64,000 nucleotides of DNA from an uncultured Gammaproteobacteria bacterium (GCA_964566225.1 CAZMHV010000001.1:85963-149962), one strand, 5' to 3'. Shown: positions 8,673-18,439, counted from the stretch's first letter. The notes: a model not told the origin generated them from the letters alone. Made by a program: numbers and translations.

Positions 8673-8844
8673 GGTTGGACTCTCTCTGTGGGTTGGGGTA
8701 CCTGTTGGAGTACTCAATTTGCGGGGTATTCGATAGATTTTCCTTTCGTTGAATAATTTTGAATGGCCAATGGACACAACATGTGTCCATGAGCACAATG
8801 TCTATAAATAATCATATCATAAGTTTAGATTTTTACAAAAATAA

Positions 8845-8872
8845 AAAAACACCCCATTTGAGCGGGGTGTTT
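8845..8872. terminator. Hairpin terminator (acaccccatttgagcggggtgt) after hup
   Basis: Inverted repeat with flanking A/T runs, just beyond the minus-strand stop at 8882. Confidence 0.5.
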
Positions 8873-8881
8873 TGGCAGAAT

Positions 8882-9196
8882 TTAGGCAGCTGCAACAGTT
8901 TTTTTCTTCAAAATATCTTTCAAACCTTTTCCAGCTTTGAATTTTGGTACCGTCACTGGAGGAATTTGAATTTTTTCTGTTGGGTTTTGTGGGTTGACAC
9001 CAACGCGTCCTGCGCGAGTTTTGGCACTAAATTGTCCAAAACCAGCAATGTTTACTGAGCCACCTTGTTTGAGGGTCATCATGGTGATGTCTACAAATGC
9101 TTCGAGCATGGCTTCGGCTTCTTTTTTGTTCATGCCTACTTTGTCAGCGACAGCCTGAGCAAGAAGGGCTTTGTTGAGATGGAGTTGATTTTCCAT
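8882..9196 (-). CDS. hup: HU family DNA-binding protein
   Basis: HU/IHF arm motifs GFGQFSAKTRAGRVGVNPQNPTEKIQIP. Start chosen at MENQ; a TTG start at 9217 is also possible. Confidence 0.85.
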   Translation of the reverse strand: MENQLHLNKALLAQAVADKVGMNKKEAEAMLEAFVDITMMTLKQGGSVNIAGFGQFSAKTRAGRVGVNPQNPTEKIQIPPVTVPKFKAGKGLKDILKKKTVAAA

Positions 9197-9298
9197 AAAT
9201 ACAATTGTTAAAAACAAATGGGTATATGGCTATACTACACCAAAGTAAAATTATTGTCAATAGAGCCAATTCAGTCAAAAGCATTTCAGATAAAAATA

Positions 9299-9327
9299 AA
9301 AAACCCGGTCAGGTGACCGGGTTTTTG
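9299..9327. terminator. Hairpin terminator (aacccggtcaggtgaccgggtt) after rny
   Basis: Inverted repeat with A-run and T-run flanks, beyond the minus-strand stop at 9335. Confidence 0.5.
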
Positions 9328-9334
9328 AAATTTT

Positions 9335-10852
9335 TTATCGTGCGTATTCAATGACTCTATTTTCGCGAATTACCATGACTTTAATTTCACCAGGGTATTG
9401 CAATTCACTTTCAATTTTGCGAGCAATATCTTTGGCCAAGTTATATGATTGGTAATCATCAATCTGGTTTGGATCTACAAATACACGAATTTCACGACCA
9501 GCTTGAATGGCATACACTTTGTCCACGCCAGGAAAGTCTTTGGCTGTTTTTTCCAAATCTTCCAAACGTCCTACGTATTGTTCATAGGTATCTCGGCGAG
9601 CACCAACACGTGAAGCAGAAATAGCATCTCCGGCCATGACAATTTTGGTGAGGAGGAGTGGTGGGTTGGTATCGTGGTGAGTGAGTGCCACTTGGGCAGT
9701 ATCTTCATCGAGATTAAATTTTTTCAAAATAGTATAACCAATTTGGGTGTGCGCGCCTTGTGTTTCATGGTCAATGGCTTTTCCAATGTCATGAAAAAAT
9801 CCTGCGCGGCGGGCTTTGGCTGGATCAACACCGAGTTCTTCGGCCATGAGAGCAGAAAGGTATCCAACTTCCATAGAGTGGTTCAGTACGTTTTGACCAT
9901 AACTGGTGCGGTATTTCAAGCGTCCTACAATAGAGATAAGTTTAGGATCAAGCCCGACAATTCCCATTTTGTGAACGGTTTCATCACCAACTTTTTTAAT
10001 ATCTATGGCCATGTCACGCTTGGCTTCTTCGGCGTATTCTTCAATCTTGGCAGGTTGAATACGACCATCAGCAATAAGTTTTTCAATAGTAAGTTGACAC
10101 ACACGGCGGCGGATAGGGGAGAAACTTGAGATAAGCAAAATTTCTGGAGTTTCGTCAATAATAAGTTCACATCCAGTGAGCTTTTCAATCGTCTTGATAT
10201 TGCGGCCTTCTTTTCCAATAATTCTTCCTTTCATTTCTTCACTAGGAAGAGTGATGGAGGTAGAAGTAGTTTCAGCAGCGTGGTTGCAGGCAGTACGTTG
10301 CATGGCATTAATCACGAGTTCTTTGGCCTTGTTTCGTACTTCTTCAGACATTTCGTCGTCAATTTTCATCATGCGGTGTACCAAGTCGTCTTTGGAACTT
10401 TCTTCTATTTTGGCAAACAGTTCATTGCGGGCTTGTTCTGCAGTATACCCAGAAATAACTTCCAATTTGGTCATTGCCTGTGCTTTGGCTTCTTCTACTT
10501 TGGCTTTTACTTCATGAACTTGCTGAACTTTTTCTTCGAGTTTGGTTTTTTTGTCTTCAAATTCTGTAATTTTTTGATCAAACATGGACTCGCGTTGTTC
10601 GAGTCTTTTTTGAAGCTGCTGCATTTCTGTGCGGCGGCGTTCTTCTTCTTTTTTGGCTTCATCAATCACTTGAATAGCCTTTTCTTTCGCACTCAAAACA
10701 ATTTCTTGTTCTTTGTTTTTGGCTTCCAACAATTTTTTCTCTGCCAGGGCTTCAATAGAGTTGGCTTGTTTTTGTGCTTGCTGTTTACGGAGCACATACC
10801 CAATGCCAAGCCCTGCACCCAAGGCAAGGAGAGCTATAATAGCATTTAACAT
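9335..10852 (-). CDS. rny: Ribonuclease Y
   Basis: N-terminal TM helix, a coiled-coil region, a KH domain (GRIIGKEGRNIK) and an HD domain (FHDIGK). Confidence 0.9.
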   Translation of the reverse strand: MLNAIIALLALGAGLGIGYVLRKQQAQKQANSIEALAEKKLLEAKNKEQEIVLSAKEKAIQVIDEAKKEEERRRTEMQQLQKRLEQRESMFDQKITEFEDKKTKLEEKVQQVHEVKAKVEEAKAQAMTKLEVISGYTAEQARNELFAKIEESSKDDLVHRMMKIDDEMSEEVRNKAKELVINAMQRTACNHAAETTSTSITLPSEEMKGRIIGKEGRNIKTIEKLTGCELIIDETPEILLISSFSPIRRRVCQLTIEKLIADGRIQPAKIEEYAEEAKRDMAIDIKKVGDETVHKMGIVGLDPKLISIVGRLKYRTSYGQNVLNHSMEVGYLSALMAEELGVDPAKARRAGFFHDIGKAIDHETQGAHTQIGYTILKKFNLDEDTAQVALTHHDTNPPLLLTKIVMAGDAISASRVGARRDTYEQYVGRLEDLEKTAKDFPGVDKVYAIQAGREIRVFVDPNQIDDYQSYNLAKDIARKIESELQYPGEIKVMVIRENRVIEYAR

Positions 10853-11111
10853 AATAAAAAAACTCTTAAAAATTACTCTTCAAGAGTCGCAGAAAAAAGG
10901 CAAGATATATACAAAGAATTTCCACTCCAAAGAGGGAATTATCGATGTTTACTGTTTGTTACGAGAGATGAAAAGGAAAATGATACGAATGGAACGGAAT
11001 TGGTCATACACAGACTTTTCTTTCATTCTTGAAAACACCTTGCCAAAAGTTTCCTGGCGATGCTCAGACGAATAATCTTTTTGTGAATAAGATATTAACG
11101 TGGGCTATTTT

Positions 11112-11172
11112 AGCAGATTTTGGTCTTTTTGTCAAAAATCTGCTTGCCAAAAATACAAATTTCATCTAAAAT
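11112..11172 (+). promoter_or_regulatory. Candidate promoter (TTGCCA-17-TAAAAT) overlapped by an 11-bp inverted repeat, upstream of the flippase gene
   Basis: agcagattttg at 11112-11122 and caaaaatctgct at 11132-11143 form a perfect inverted repeat. The -35 at 11144-11149 and -10 at 11167-11172 sit 11 nt before the ATG at 11184. Confidence 0.35.
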
Positions 11173-11183
11173 AGGGGAAAACT

Positions 11184-12614
11184 ATGTCCCATTCTGTTGC
11201 CAAAAATGCTGCGTTCATGACTGTTGCCTCTATTGCCCAAAAGGTCATTTCTTTTGTGTACTTTACTCTTATTGCTCGTTCTATTGGGGTAGAAGGAACA
11301 GGGAAGTACTTTTTGGCACTTTCATTTACTACAATTTTTGTAGTTTTTGTTGACCTTGGGTTTACCAATGTGCTGGTTCGCGAAGCAGCGAGAGTTCGAG
11401 AACATATTCAAAAATATGTTTCAACTATTTTGTCAGTAAAGCTGGTACTTGGTCTTTTGGCGTATGTTGCTGTCTTTTTGGTCAGTAAAAAATTATATCC
11501 TGATACAGAACTTCGTTTCATGATTTTACTCTCTGGTATTACCATGCTGTTTGATTCCTTTAACCTTACGGTATATGGTGTGCTCAGGGCTATTGGAGAT
11601 TTACGTTTTGAATCTTTGTCTATTACCTTTTCACAATTTGCTTCCCTTATTTTGGGAAGTATTTTTCTTTTTTTTCATTTGCCACTTATTTTTCTTATTT
11701 TGGCTTTTACCATTCCAAGTGCGCTCAATGCGATCTATGCAAGTTATACAGTGTTTCATCGATATCAGGTAACAGCTGTTCCACGGTTTGATGCCCCCAC
11801 TTTTGTGTGGCTTTCCAAAATTACAATTCCTTTTGCTTTGGCAGCTATTTTTGCTCGGGTGTATGGATATATTGATACATTGCTCCTTGGTCACTTTCTT
11901 GGTTCGGAGGCTGTTGGATTTTATAGCACTCCATACAAAATTACTTTTGCATTTCAGTTTATTCCTTTGGCACTCACCGCCGCACTCTACCCACGCCTCA
12001 GTGAATACTTTGTGCACCACAAAGAAAAATTCGCCACAGTTTTGGTGGACTCACTCAAGTATTTGTTGATTGTTGCTGTGCCTATTGCTATTGGTATTGC
12101 TGTGCTTGCACGTCCCATTATTGTGTTGCTCTACAAAGAAGCTTTTTTGCCTTCAGTTTTGCCTTTGCAAATTCTTATTATAAGTCTTATCTTTTCTTTT
12201 GCGAGTTTTCCTGTGGGAGCTGCCTTGAATGCGGGTAATAAACAGGTGACACAAACTACTATTGTGGGTCTGGTTATGGTGATCAATATCATTATGAATG
12301 TGATTTTGATTCCAAAGACTGGTGTGGTAGGGGCAGCTGTTTCTGCTCTTATTGGGAATATTTTGTTGACCGTTATTGGATACTGTTTTTTGTATACGAT
12401 TGTTACTGTCAATCACAAAAAGTTTTTTTTCACCAGTGCCAAGGTTTTGTTGTCTGGAATTATGATGGGACTGGTGGTGTATTTGGTGAGTGATATGTTC
12501 AATTTGGTCAGTGCTATTGTATCTGGTGCTTTTGTGTATACTGGTTTTATTTTGCTGTTTCGTTGTATTACCGTTCCAGAACTTCAAGAGGCTTTTCGTC
12601 TTCTCAAAAAATAA
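11184..12614 (+). CDS. Polysaccharide/oligosaccharide flippase (Wzx/MOP superfamily)
   Basis: 476 aa, polytopic throughout. The N-terminus is of the polysaccharide-biosynthesis-protein type (VAKNAAFMTVASIAQKVISFVY...IARSIGVEGTGKY). Confidence 0.65.
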   Translation: MSHSVAKNAAFMTVASIAQKVISFVYFTLIARSIGVEGTGKYFLALSFTTIFVVFVDLGFTNVLVREAARVREHIQKYVSTILSVKLVLGLLAYVAVFLVSKKLYPDTELRFMILLSGITMLFDSFNLTVYGVLRAIGDLRFESLSITFSQFASLILGSIFLFFHLPLIFLILAFTIPSALNAIYASYTVFHRYQVTAVPRFDAPTFVWLSKITIPFALAAIFARVYGYIDTLLLGHFLGSEAVGFYSTPYKITFAFQFIPLALTAALYPRLSEYFVHHKEKFATVLVDSLKYLLIVAVPIAIGIAVLARPIIVLLYKEAFLPSVLPLQILIISLIFSFASFPVGAALNAGNKQVTQTTIVGLVMVINIIMNVILIPKTGVVGAAVSALIGNILLTVIGYCFLYTIVTVNHKKFFFTSAKVLLSGIMMGLVVYLVSDMFNLVSAIVSGAFVYTGFILLFRCITVPELQEAFRLLKK

Positions 12615-12624
12615 TTTTTTTTGC

Positions 12625-12650
12625 TTGACAGTGAGCAAAAATTTTGATAC
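12625..12650 (+). promoter_or_regulatory. Possible promoter (TTGACA with a weak -10) upstream of the high-GC unknown gene
   Basis: TTGACA at 12625-12630. The -10 is poor (gataca/tacacc). The gene start is TTG at 12724, preceded by a GGAGGAG SD. Confidence 0.25.
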
Positions 12651-12723
12651 ACCATTTGGTAGTGAATGGTGTTTTAACCGTGCCTTCTCATACACAAAGA
12701 AGGCCACTACCATGGAGGAGTGA

Positions 12724-13818
12724 TTGCGAAATCCGCGTCCCATTCAAGTGATGCGTGTTTTTTCTGAACCTGACAAGCCCCTGGAGATTCAGTTCTCCGA
12801 CGTCTTGCCGGGAACCAAGTTCGAGAGCTGGCAGTGGATGGTGTTCACTGGTCAGCTCGGTGTGGCTCGTGAAGTGGGGGACAACGGTCAACCCGTTACG
12901 TTCTTCGCTGTCAAGACCTATGATCTCGATGTGGTGCGCAATGGCAAGCGCATGTACTTCAAGTTTCATGCTCCCAAGGGCATCGAGGACCTGCCGCCCC
13001 TCTTTGTGGAGGCTCATGCGGACACGCGTGTGGTCTCTGACGTCGATGGTCCGAAGGAGGTCACGTCGTTCACACACTGCCTCTGTGCGAGTGTGTGGCT
13101 GCTTTCTTCTTCGGCCAGTGTGGTCGTCTCCGAGAATCGTCTCCGGCAGCGTGCCCACGAAGCTCGGGTCGTCACCGAGCATGCACAGGCAGTCCAGGCG
13201 ATGCGTGATCGTGTAGGCACGCTCACTCCAATGCAGCTGGCTCCCTACATGCAGCTGTGGGGTCAGTTCAAAGGCAAAAAGACCTCGGATTCTGCCAAGC
13301 AGCAGATCGTGCGTCAGGCCATTGGTGCCTGGGCACGGGCTCAGGGTATGCATGAAACCGAGAGTCTGCTCGAGGCAGTCGGTGACCAGCTCTCTGATCT
13401 CGTGAAGGGCCTCACGGATTACTACCAGGAGTACATCTCCGTCGACACGAACGGGCAGAACAAGGATACTCTCACCAAGCTGCTGCGTGCACATCTGCGG
13501 CCGCTTCTCGAAGATCTGCATCATCCGCTGCAAGATCACCATGTCGATGGCATTGTGTCTTGTCTCGTCTCCAACGGTCGGTTCCCTCGCCGGTTTCGCC
13601 GTATGGTGGGTGACGAGATGCACTCGGTGATGGTGGCGGTGAATCGGGCGATGAAACGGGAGTTGGTCTCTGCTGCACCTGCAGCACAATCAACTGCGCC
13701 CGAGGAGAAAGCAACTCCTCCTCGGCCTGTCGCCGCACGCAGGGGAGGGGGCATTCGTCTCAATCCGAAGAGACTCCCTGGTCTCAGGCGGGACACAGCA
13801 CCTCCCCAAGGCGGCTGA
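12724..13818 (+). CDS. Hypothetical protein, 364 aa (high-GC cassette inside the polysaccharide cluster)
   Basis: TTG start with a strong SD (GGAGGAG, 5 nt upstream). Codons are GC3-rich and the composition is balanced. The antisense ORF 12688..13689 is His/Arg-rich and looks like a shadow. No recognisable domain. Confidence 0.55.
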   Translation: MRNPRPIQVMRVFSEPDKPLEIQFSDVLPGTKFESWQWMVFTGQLGVAREVGDNGQPVTFFAVKTYDLDVVRNGKRMYFKFHAPKGIEDLPPLFVEAHADTRVVSDVDGPKEVTSFTHCLCASVWLLSSSASVVVSENRLRQRAHEARVVTEHAQAVQAMRDRVGTLTPMQLAPYMQLWGQFKGKKTSDSAKQQIVRQAIGAWARAQGMHETESLLEAVGDQLSDLVKGLTDYYQEYISVDTNGQNKDTLTKLLRAHLRPLLEDLHHPLQDHHVDGIVSCLVSNGRFPRRFRRMVGDEMHSVMVAVNRAMKRELVSAAPAAQSTAPEEKATPPRPVAARRGGGIRLNPKRLPGLRRDTAPPQGG

Positions 13819-13835
13819 CCACCGCCATTCACATC

Positions 13836-13852
13836 TGCCCCCTGGAGGGGGA
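13836..13852 (+). terminator. GC hairpin (ccccctggaggggg) after the high-GC unknown gene
   Basis: Short perfect inverted repeat about 20 nt after the stop, with no T-tract. Confidence 0.3.
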
Positions 13853-14027
13853 GCAGGACTGCAAGGGGGTAGTTCACTACCTCCGGTTCGCCAAGATTCT
13901 TATGTTAGGAATTTTGGCGAATTTTTTTTCTAGACCAGAGGGGCGGGACGTGATAGAATATGGATACAAAATTATTTATTGTCTATCTGCCTTGCTTCGT
14001 AAGTCAGATACACTCCTTCGTTTATCT

Positions 14028-15164
14028 ATGAAAAAGACATTGGTCATCTCTCTTGAATACCCACCACAGGTTGGTGGCATCGCTACGTTTGTGGATGCCC
14101 TCTCGTCAGCACTGGAACCCGAAAAAACAGTGGTGCTGGCGCCACCACACAAAGAAGCCAAAGAATGGGATGAACAAATGTATTACAAAGTGATTCGTCG
14201 GCCATTTTATTATAGTTTTTTTTGGCCTCGTTGGCTCAAGCTCTACTTTGAAGTCAAAAAAATTGTGAAGCAAGAAAAAATTGAACTGATTATGCTGCAC
14301 CACATTTTGCCAGTTGGCTATGTGGCCTATATGATCAAAAAGAAATTCAATATTCCTTATATTATTTTTTCACATGGTACAGATATTGCGTACGCTGCCG
14401 CAGACAAAAGCAAAAGAAAAAAGGCCCATGTGGTTGCTCGTGGTGCTTTGCAAATCATTACCAATAGTGAATCACTCAAAAAACGTACCATCGATGCTTT
14501 TCCCGATATAGCAGATAAGACAACTGTTTTGTATCCGTGTCCAGATGAAGATTTCATGACGCCTCCTCCTGCAGACGAACTTGAAAAAATGAAAGAGCAG
14601 CTTGCGCTTGAAGGCAAAAAAGTTATTCTCACGATTTCTCGTCTGGCCGAAGGCAAAGGATTTCCACTGCTTATTCGTGTCATGAGTGAAATCTTCAAAA
14701 CAGTTCCACACCTCGTCTGGATTATTGTGGGTGATGGTCAAAAGAAAAATGAAATTATTGAAGATATTCGCAGAAATAATTTGCAAAATGTGGTTCGCTT
14801 TATTGGTGAAGTACCACATGCTAATCTCAAACACTATTATTATTTGGCAGATTTATTTATTTTGCTTACACATCCAGATCCCAAAGGAACCGAAGAAGGT
14901 TTGGGTCTGGTATTTTTGGAGGCTTCTGCTGCAGGACTCCCTATTATTGCGGGACGCAGTGGTGGAGTAGAAGAAGGTGTATTGCATGGTCAAACAGGAC
15001 TCGTAGTTGATGCGTATCAGGGGGTAGAAATTGTGAGTGCTGTGTCACGTATGCTCAATGATAAAGAGTTTGCACAGGGTCTTGGTAAAAATGCGCAAGT
15101 GAGAATTCAAAAAGAATTCAATTGGTACGAGCAACTCAAAAAAATCGTACAGTGGCTCTACTAG
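14028..15164 (+). CDS. Glycosyltransferase family 1 (GT4)
   Basis: EGLGLVFLEASAAGLPIIAGRSGG, the E-x7-E GT4 motif. Start chosen at MKKTLVISLEYPP. Confidence 0.8.
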   Translation: MKKTLVISLEYPPQVGGIATFVDALSSALEPEKTVVLAPPHKEAKEWDEQMYYKVIRRPFYYSFFWPRWLKLYFEVKKIVKQEKIELIMLHHILPVGYVAYMIKKKFNIPYIIFSHGTDIAYAAADKSKRKKAHVVARGALQIITNSESLKKRTIDAFPDIADKTTVLYPCPDEDFMTPPPADELEKMKEQLALEGKKVILTISRLAEGKGFPLLIRVMSEIFKTVPHLVWIIVGDGQKKNEIIEDIRRNNLQNVVRFIGEVPHANLKHYYYLADLFILLTHPDPKGTEEGLGLVFLEASAAGLPIIAGRSGGVEEGVLHGQTGLVVDAYQGVEIVSAVSRMLNDKEFAQGLGKNAQVRIQKEFNWYEQLKKIVQWLY

Positions 15165-15165
15165 T

Positions 15166-15885
15166 ATGCGCCCACTCACGAGTATTATTATTCCAGTGTA
15201 CAATCGTCAAAAAGAATTGATGCTCAGTTTGGATTCTATCGTAAAACAAACGTATCGACCACTCGAAGTTATTATTGTAGACGATGGAAGTGATGAAAAA
15301 GTTGAAACAAAAAAACAAGAAATAATAACAATTCTTCAAGGTATTCCAGTTCAATTGGTACGACAAAAAAATGCAGGCGCACCCGCTGCACGCAATCATG
15401 GCTTTGACCTTTCAAATGGTGAGTTTGTACTTTTCTGGGACGCAGATACTCTTGGCAATACTGATATGGTTCAAAAGATGTTTGAGGCGTTGGAGCAAAA
15501 TTCAGATGCTGCTTTTGCGTATAGTAATCATATTCATGCTGGCAAAATTACGTTTCGAGCACGTCCCTTTGATGTGACAGAACTCAAAAAAACAAATTAT
15601 ATCAATACCACGAGTTTGATCCGTCGAAATGATTTTTGTCGTTTTGATGAAACATTGAAACGCTTTCAGGATTGGGATTTGTTTCTCACTTTGAGTGAAC
15701 ACGGCAAGAAGGGAATTTGGATTGATGAAGTCCTCTATACCTCGGTGCAAACCAAGGGTGGCATTAGTTATTGGCTTCCTTCGTTTGCCTATAGATTTCC
15801 ATGGAAGTATATGCCGTTTTTTTACAAAAAAGTAAAGGCCTACGAAGAGGCCAAAAAAATTATTGCACACAAACATTTGTTCTAA
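15166..15885 (+). CDS. Glycosyltransferase family 2
   Basis: IIIPVYNRQKELMLSLDSIVKQTY...VIIVDDGSDE, the GT-A fold signature. Confidence 0.8.
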   Translation: MRPLTSIIIPVYNRQKELMLSLDSIVKQTYRPLEVIIVDDGSDEKVETKKQEIITILQGIPVQLVRQKNAGAPAARNHGFDLSNGEFVLFWDADTLGNTDMVQKMFEALEQNSDAAFAYSNHIHAGKITFRARPFDVTELKKTNYINTTSLIRRNDFCRFDETLKRFQDWDLFLTLSEHGKKGIWIDEVLYTSVQTKGGISYWLPSFAYRFPWKYMPFFYKKVKAYEEAKKIIAHKHLF

Positions 15886-15892
15886 AGAGGTA

Positions 15893-17347
15893 TCACACAG
15901 CATTGGTACCTCTTTTGTTTTGGAGGTATACCATGAGAAACACAAAGTACAAAATTCCAAATCCCTGAAAGAGTGCCGGAGTAGTAAGGTTCATCACAAA
16001 TAGTGACACTCCACCTGCCGTGAGTCCACGCAGGATGGATTGTTCAACCGTTGACTCGTGGGTGAATTTTTTTTGTAGCAAAAAAAGTATTCTCATCAGG
16101 AAAAAAAGAAATATACTGGTGCCCACAATTCCAAGTTCTGCAATGAGTTCCAGGTATCCCCAGTCAAACTGTGTGCGAGTCACAGGTAAGTGGGTTACCG
16201 GATCAATGTAGGTAACTGTGGTAGCGAGTCCTGATCCAATCCATGGGTGTTGTCGAATCGTACCCATGGCATTATTCAAAATACGAATTCGTGTGTTGCC
16301 ACTTATTTCAGAAATTGGAGTTGTGGCGCCCTGTACACGATTTTGGAGCAGACTCAGTCCAAACGAGTTTCCACGACTGGCCAAAAAATAGAGGGAACAA
16401 AAACAAACAAAAAAACTTACCAGTACCCCAGTGCTTATGGTAAGCCAATTTTTGAAATTATTTTTGTGTACCAGTGCCAGTAGTCCCACGCCAACAGCCA
16501 AAAAATAAATACGTGAAAAGTTGAGTGCCAAAATAAGACAGCAACACAGTACCCCAATCCACCATTTTTTATTTTTTGTATTACTCACAAGTAAAGAGGC
16601 ACAAACCAGCAAAATTGGTACTATAAAAATATGTTCTGGCAACACAATACGAAAAAAATTGTCTCCAAGGTCAGTAATTTTTCCTCCGGCACTGTTTCGA
16701 AACCAGTGGTAATAGGTGTTTTGCAGTACTCCAATGTGGGTACTATACAAAAAAAAGCTCAAGAGTGAAAACAAAGTAGAGGAGATAACAAATGTTTGCA
16801 GGAGTAGAGGAAAACTTTTGTTCAAACGTGGAAAAAATTCAAGTGCAGGAAAGAGAAGAAATAAAAATCCATACATGAGGGCATCTTGGATGATGGCAGG
16901 AGTTTCATGACCAAGTTTCCATCCTTGGAGCAGAGCAAATCCTACAACACAGAATACGGCGAAGACATATTTTTTGAGGAGTGGGTGAAGTTCAAAATTA
17001 ATTTTTTTTGTTTGTATTCTTTGAGTGAGCCACCACAAAGCAAAAATTCCAAGGAGCCACGTTCTGAGCAAGAGTCCTTGAAACTCAAAAAAATGCCCAC
17101 CACTTCCGAGCAAGAGCTCGCTTATCAAAATTGTCCAGCCAAGAGTAATATTTTTTTTACAAAGAGAAAAAAAAGAAACAACCAAAAACGCACCAATGCT
17201 TTGGTTGATCACGGAGTGATGGTAGGTGAAAAGAGAAATGGCACGAAACAAAATAAATGCACAAAGAACAAAAATTGAGATTTTTTCTTTGACAAAAAAT
17301 TGTTGGAGTGCAGTAAAAAAAGGTTTTTTCAAAAAGGAAACAGGCAT
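15893..17347 (-). CDS. O-antigen ligase/polymerase family membrane protein (Wzy_C-like)
   Basis: 484 aa, polytopic, with a periplasmic loop carrying HPWIGSGLATT (compare the HP-x-G-x-G-x-G-x-F motif of Wzy_C). Confidence 0.55.
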   Translation of the reverse strand: MPVSFLKKPFFTALQQFFVKEKISIFVLCAFILFRAISLFTYHHSVINQSIGAFLVVSFFSLCKKNITLGWTILISELLLGSGGHFFEFQGLLLRTWLLGIFALWWLTQRIQTKKINFELHPLLKKYVFAVFCVVGFALLQGWKLGHETPAIIQDALMYGFLFLLFPALEFFPRLNKSFPLLLQTFVISSTLFSLLSFFLYSTHIGVLQNTYYHWFRNSAGGKITDLGDNFFRIVLPEHIFIVPILLVCASLLVSNTKNKKWWIGVLCCCLILALNFSRIYFLAVGVGLLALVHKNNFKNWLTISTGVLVSFFVCFCSLYFLASRGNSFGLSLLQNRVQGATTPISEISGNTRIRILNNAMGTIRQHPWIGSGLATTVTYIDPVTHLPVTRTQFDWGYLELIAELGIVGTSIFLFFLMRILFLLQKKFTHESTVEQSILRGLTAGGVSLFVMNLTTPALFQGFGILYFVFLMVYLQNKRGTNAV

Positions 17348-17362
17348 AGTTTTGTGGAGCGG

Positions 17363-18283
17363 TTAGTTGAGAGTATCGCCCACAAAATTTTGGTATCCAC
17401 TCAAAAATGCTTTGGCATCCACTGCAGTTTTGCCTTCAAGTTGGAGTGTTCGTATTTCGACTGATCCGGTTGTACATCCAATGTACAATTTTCCATTTTG
17501 TGAAATTACTTGTCCGGGCAGTGCCGTAACATCACTTGGTCGCACGTCAGTAAGCTTGAGTCGTTTTTCTCCCCACATGGTCCACAGACCTGGCCATGGA
17601 GTGAGACCTCGATACTGATTGTATACTTCCTGTGCCGATTTTTTCCAGTCTACTCTGCCGTTTTCACGAGTAAGAAGTGTGGTGAGCGTTGCCTCTGCGT
17701 TGTTTTGTGGTTGTTTTTCAAGTGTTCCATCAATGTATAAAGGTATGGCTTCAAGCAGTGCTTTTGCGCCAATTTTGGCCAAGCGAGCATCAAGTTCAAG
17801 GTATGTTTCATCTGAAAGAATATCAATTTCTTTTTGGAGGAGTATTGGTCCTGTGTCCATTCCTTCATCCATTTGCATTATGGTGACTCCTGTTTTTGTT
17901 TCGCCATGCCACAAGGCAAACTGAATTGGCGATGCTCCACGGTATTTGGGCAAAAGAGATGTGTGTACATTGAGGGTGCCAAATTGTGGTGCATCAATAA
18001 TTGATTTTGGAATAATGCGACCATACTGAGCCACCACACTGAGGTCACCTGTCACGGATTCAAAATCAAAATTTTTGAGTGAAGCTGGTTGTGATACAGG
18101 AATATTGTATTTGTCTGCCAAAACTTTGACTGGTGGGGGAGTGAGCACTTGTTTGCGACCTACTGGTTCATCAGGCTGTGTCACCACATGTGCCACTTCA
18201 ATAAACGGAGCATCAATGAGTGCTTGCAAAATTGTAACGGCAAATTGGTGTGTGCCAAAAAAGGTAATTTTTGTTTTGTTCAT
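17363..18283 (-). CDS. fmt: Methionyl-tRNA formyltransferase
   Basis: N-terminus KITFFGTHQFAVTILQAL. The formyltransferase core and the C-terminal tRNA-binding domain are both present. Confidence 0.9.
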   Translation of the reverse strand: MNKTKITFFGTHQFAVTILQALIDAPFIEVAHVVTQPDEPVGRKQVLTPPPVKVLADKYNIPVSQPASLKNFDFESVTGDLSVVAQYGRIIPKSIIDAPQFGTLNVHTSLLPKYRGASPIQFALWHGETKTGVTIMQMDEGMDTGPILLQKEIDILSDETYLELDARLAKIGAKALLEAIPLYIDGTLEKQPQNNAEATLTTLLTRENGRVDWKKSAQEVYNQYRGLTPWPGLWTMWGEKRLKLTDVRPSDVTALPGQVISQNGKLYIGCTTGSVEIRTLQLEGKTAVDAKAFLSGYQNFVGDTLN

Positions 18284-18317
18284 ATTCAGATTGTTCTACA
18301 ATAAAGAGAGATATATT

Positions 18318-18340
18318 TCAATCTCTCCTTGTATACCTTT
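18318..18340. promoter_or_regulatory. Inverted repeat GAGAGAT-N8-ATCTCTC, a candidate operator between fmt and the PadR-like gene
   Basis: 7-8 bp arms with an 8-nt spacer, the geometry of a dimeric winged-helix operator. It lies between divergently oriented genes. Confidence 0.3.
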
Positions 18341-18411
18341 ATCCTATCACAAAAAAGAAACCCTTTCAAGCTAAAAAATTGCTTGATTTCAGTACAATTT
18401 TTTCAAATCTC

Positions 18412-18439
18412 TTGACAAAATATGGGTGAAGAATATACT
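18412..18439 (+). promoter_or_regulatory. Sigma70-like promoter TTGACA-16-TATACT driving the PadR-like gene
   Basis: TTGACA at 18412-18417 and TATACT at 18434-18439, followed by an AGGGGAAAG SD and the ATG at 18475. Confidence 0.5.

Noticed and set aside
8172-8756. 194-aa plus-strand ORF, and the 8092-8448 minus-strand ORF, overlapping the lipoprotein gene
   Set aside because: Antisense or out-of-frame shadows in GC-rich sequence, Arg/Val/Gly-rich. The lipoprotein frame has a canonical lipobox signal peptide.
9674-10849. Plus-strand ORFs (151, 113 and 189 aa) inside rny
   Set aside because: Phe/Asn-rich antisense translations of a well-supported RNase Y gene. They come from AT-rich third positions.
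12688-13689. 333-aa minus-strand ORF antisense to the high-GC unknown gene
   Set aside because: His/Arg-rich junk-like translation. The plus-strand frame has a TTG start with a perfect SD, GC3-biased codons and balanced amino-acid composition.
15886-15913. Hairpin agaggta...tacctct between the GT2 gene and the O-antigen-ligase-like gene, considered as a terminator
   Set aside because: The stem lies inside the last codons of the minus-strand gene and lacks a clear T-tract. It may just be coding sequence.
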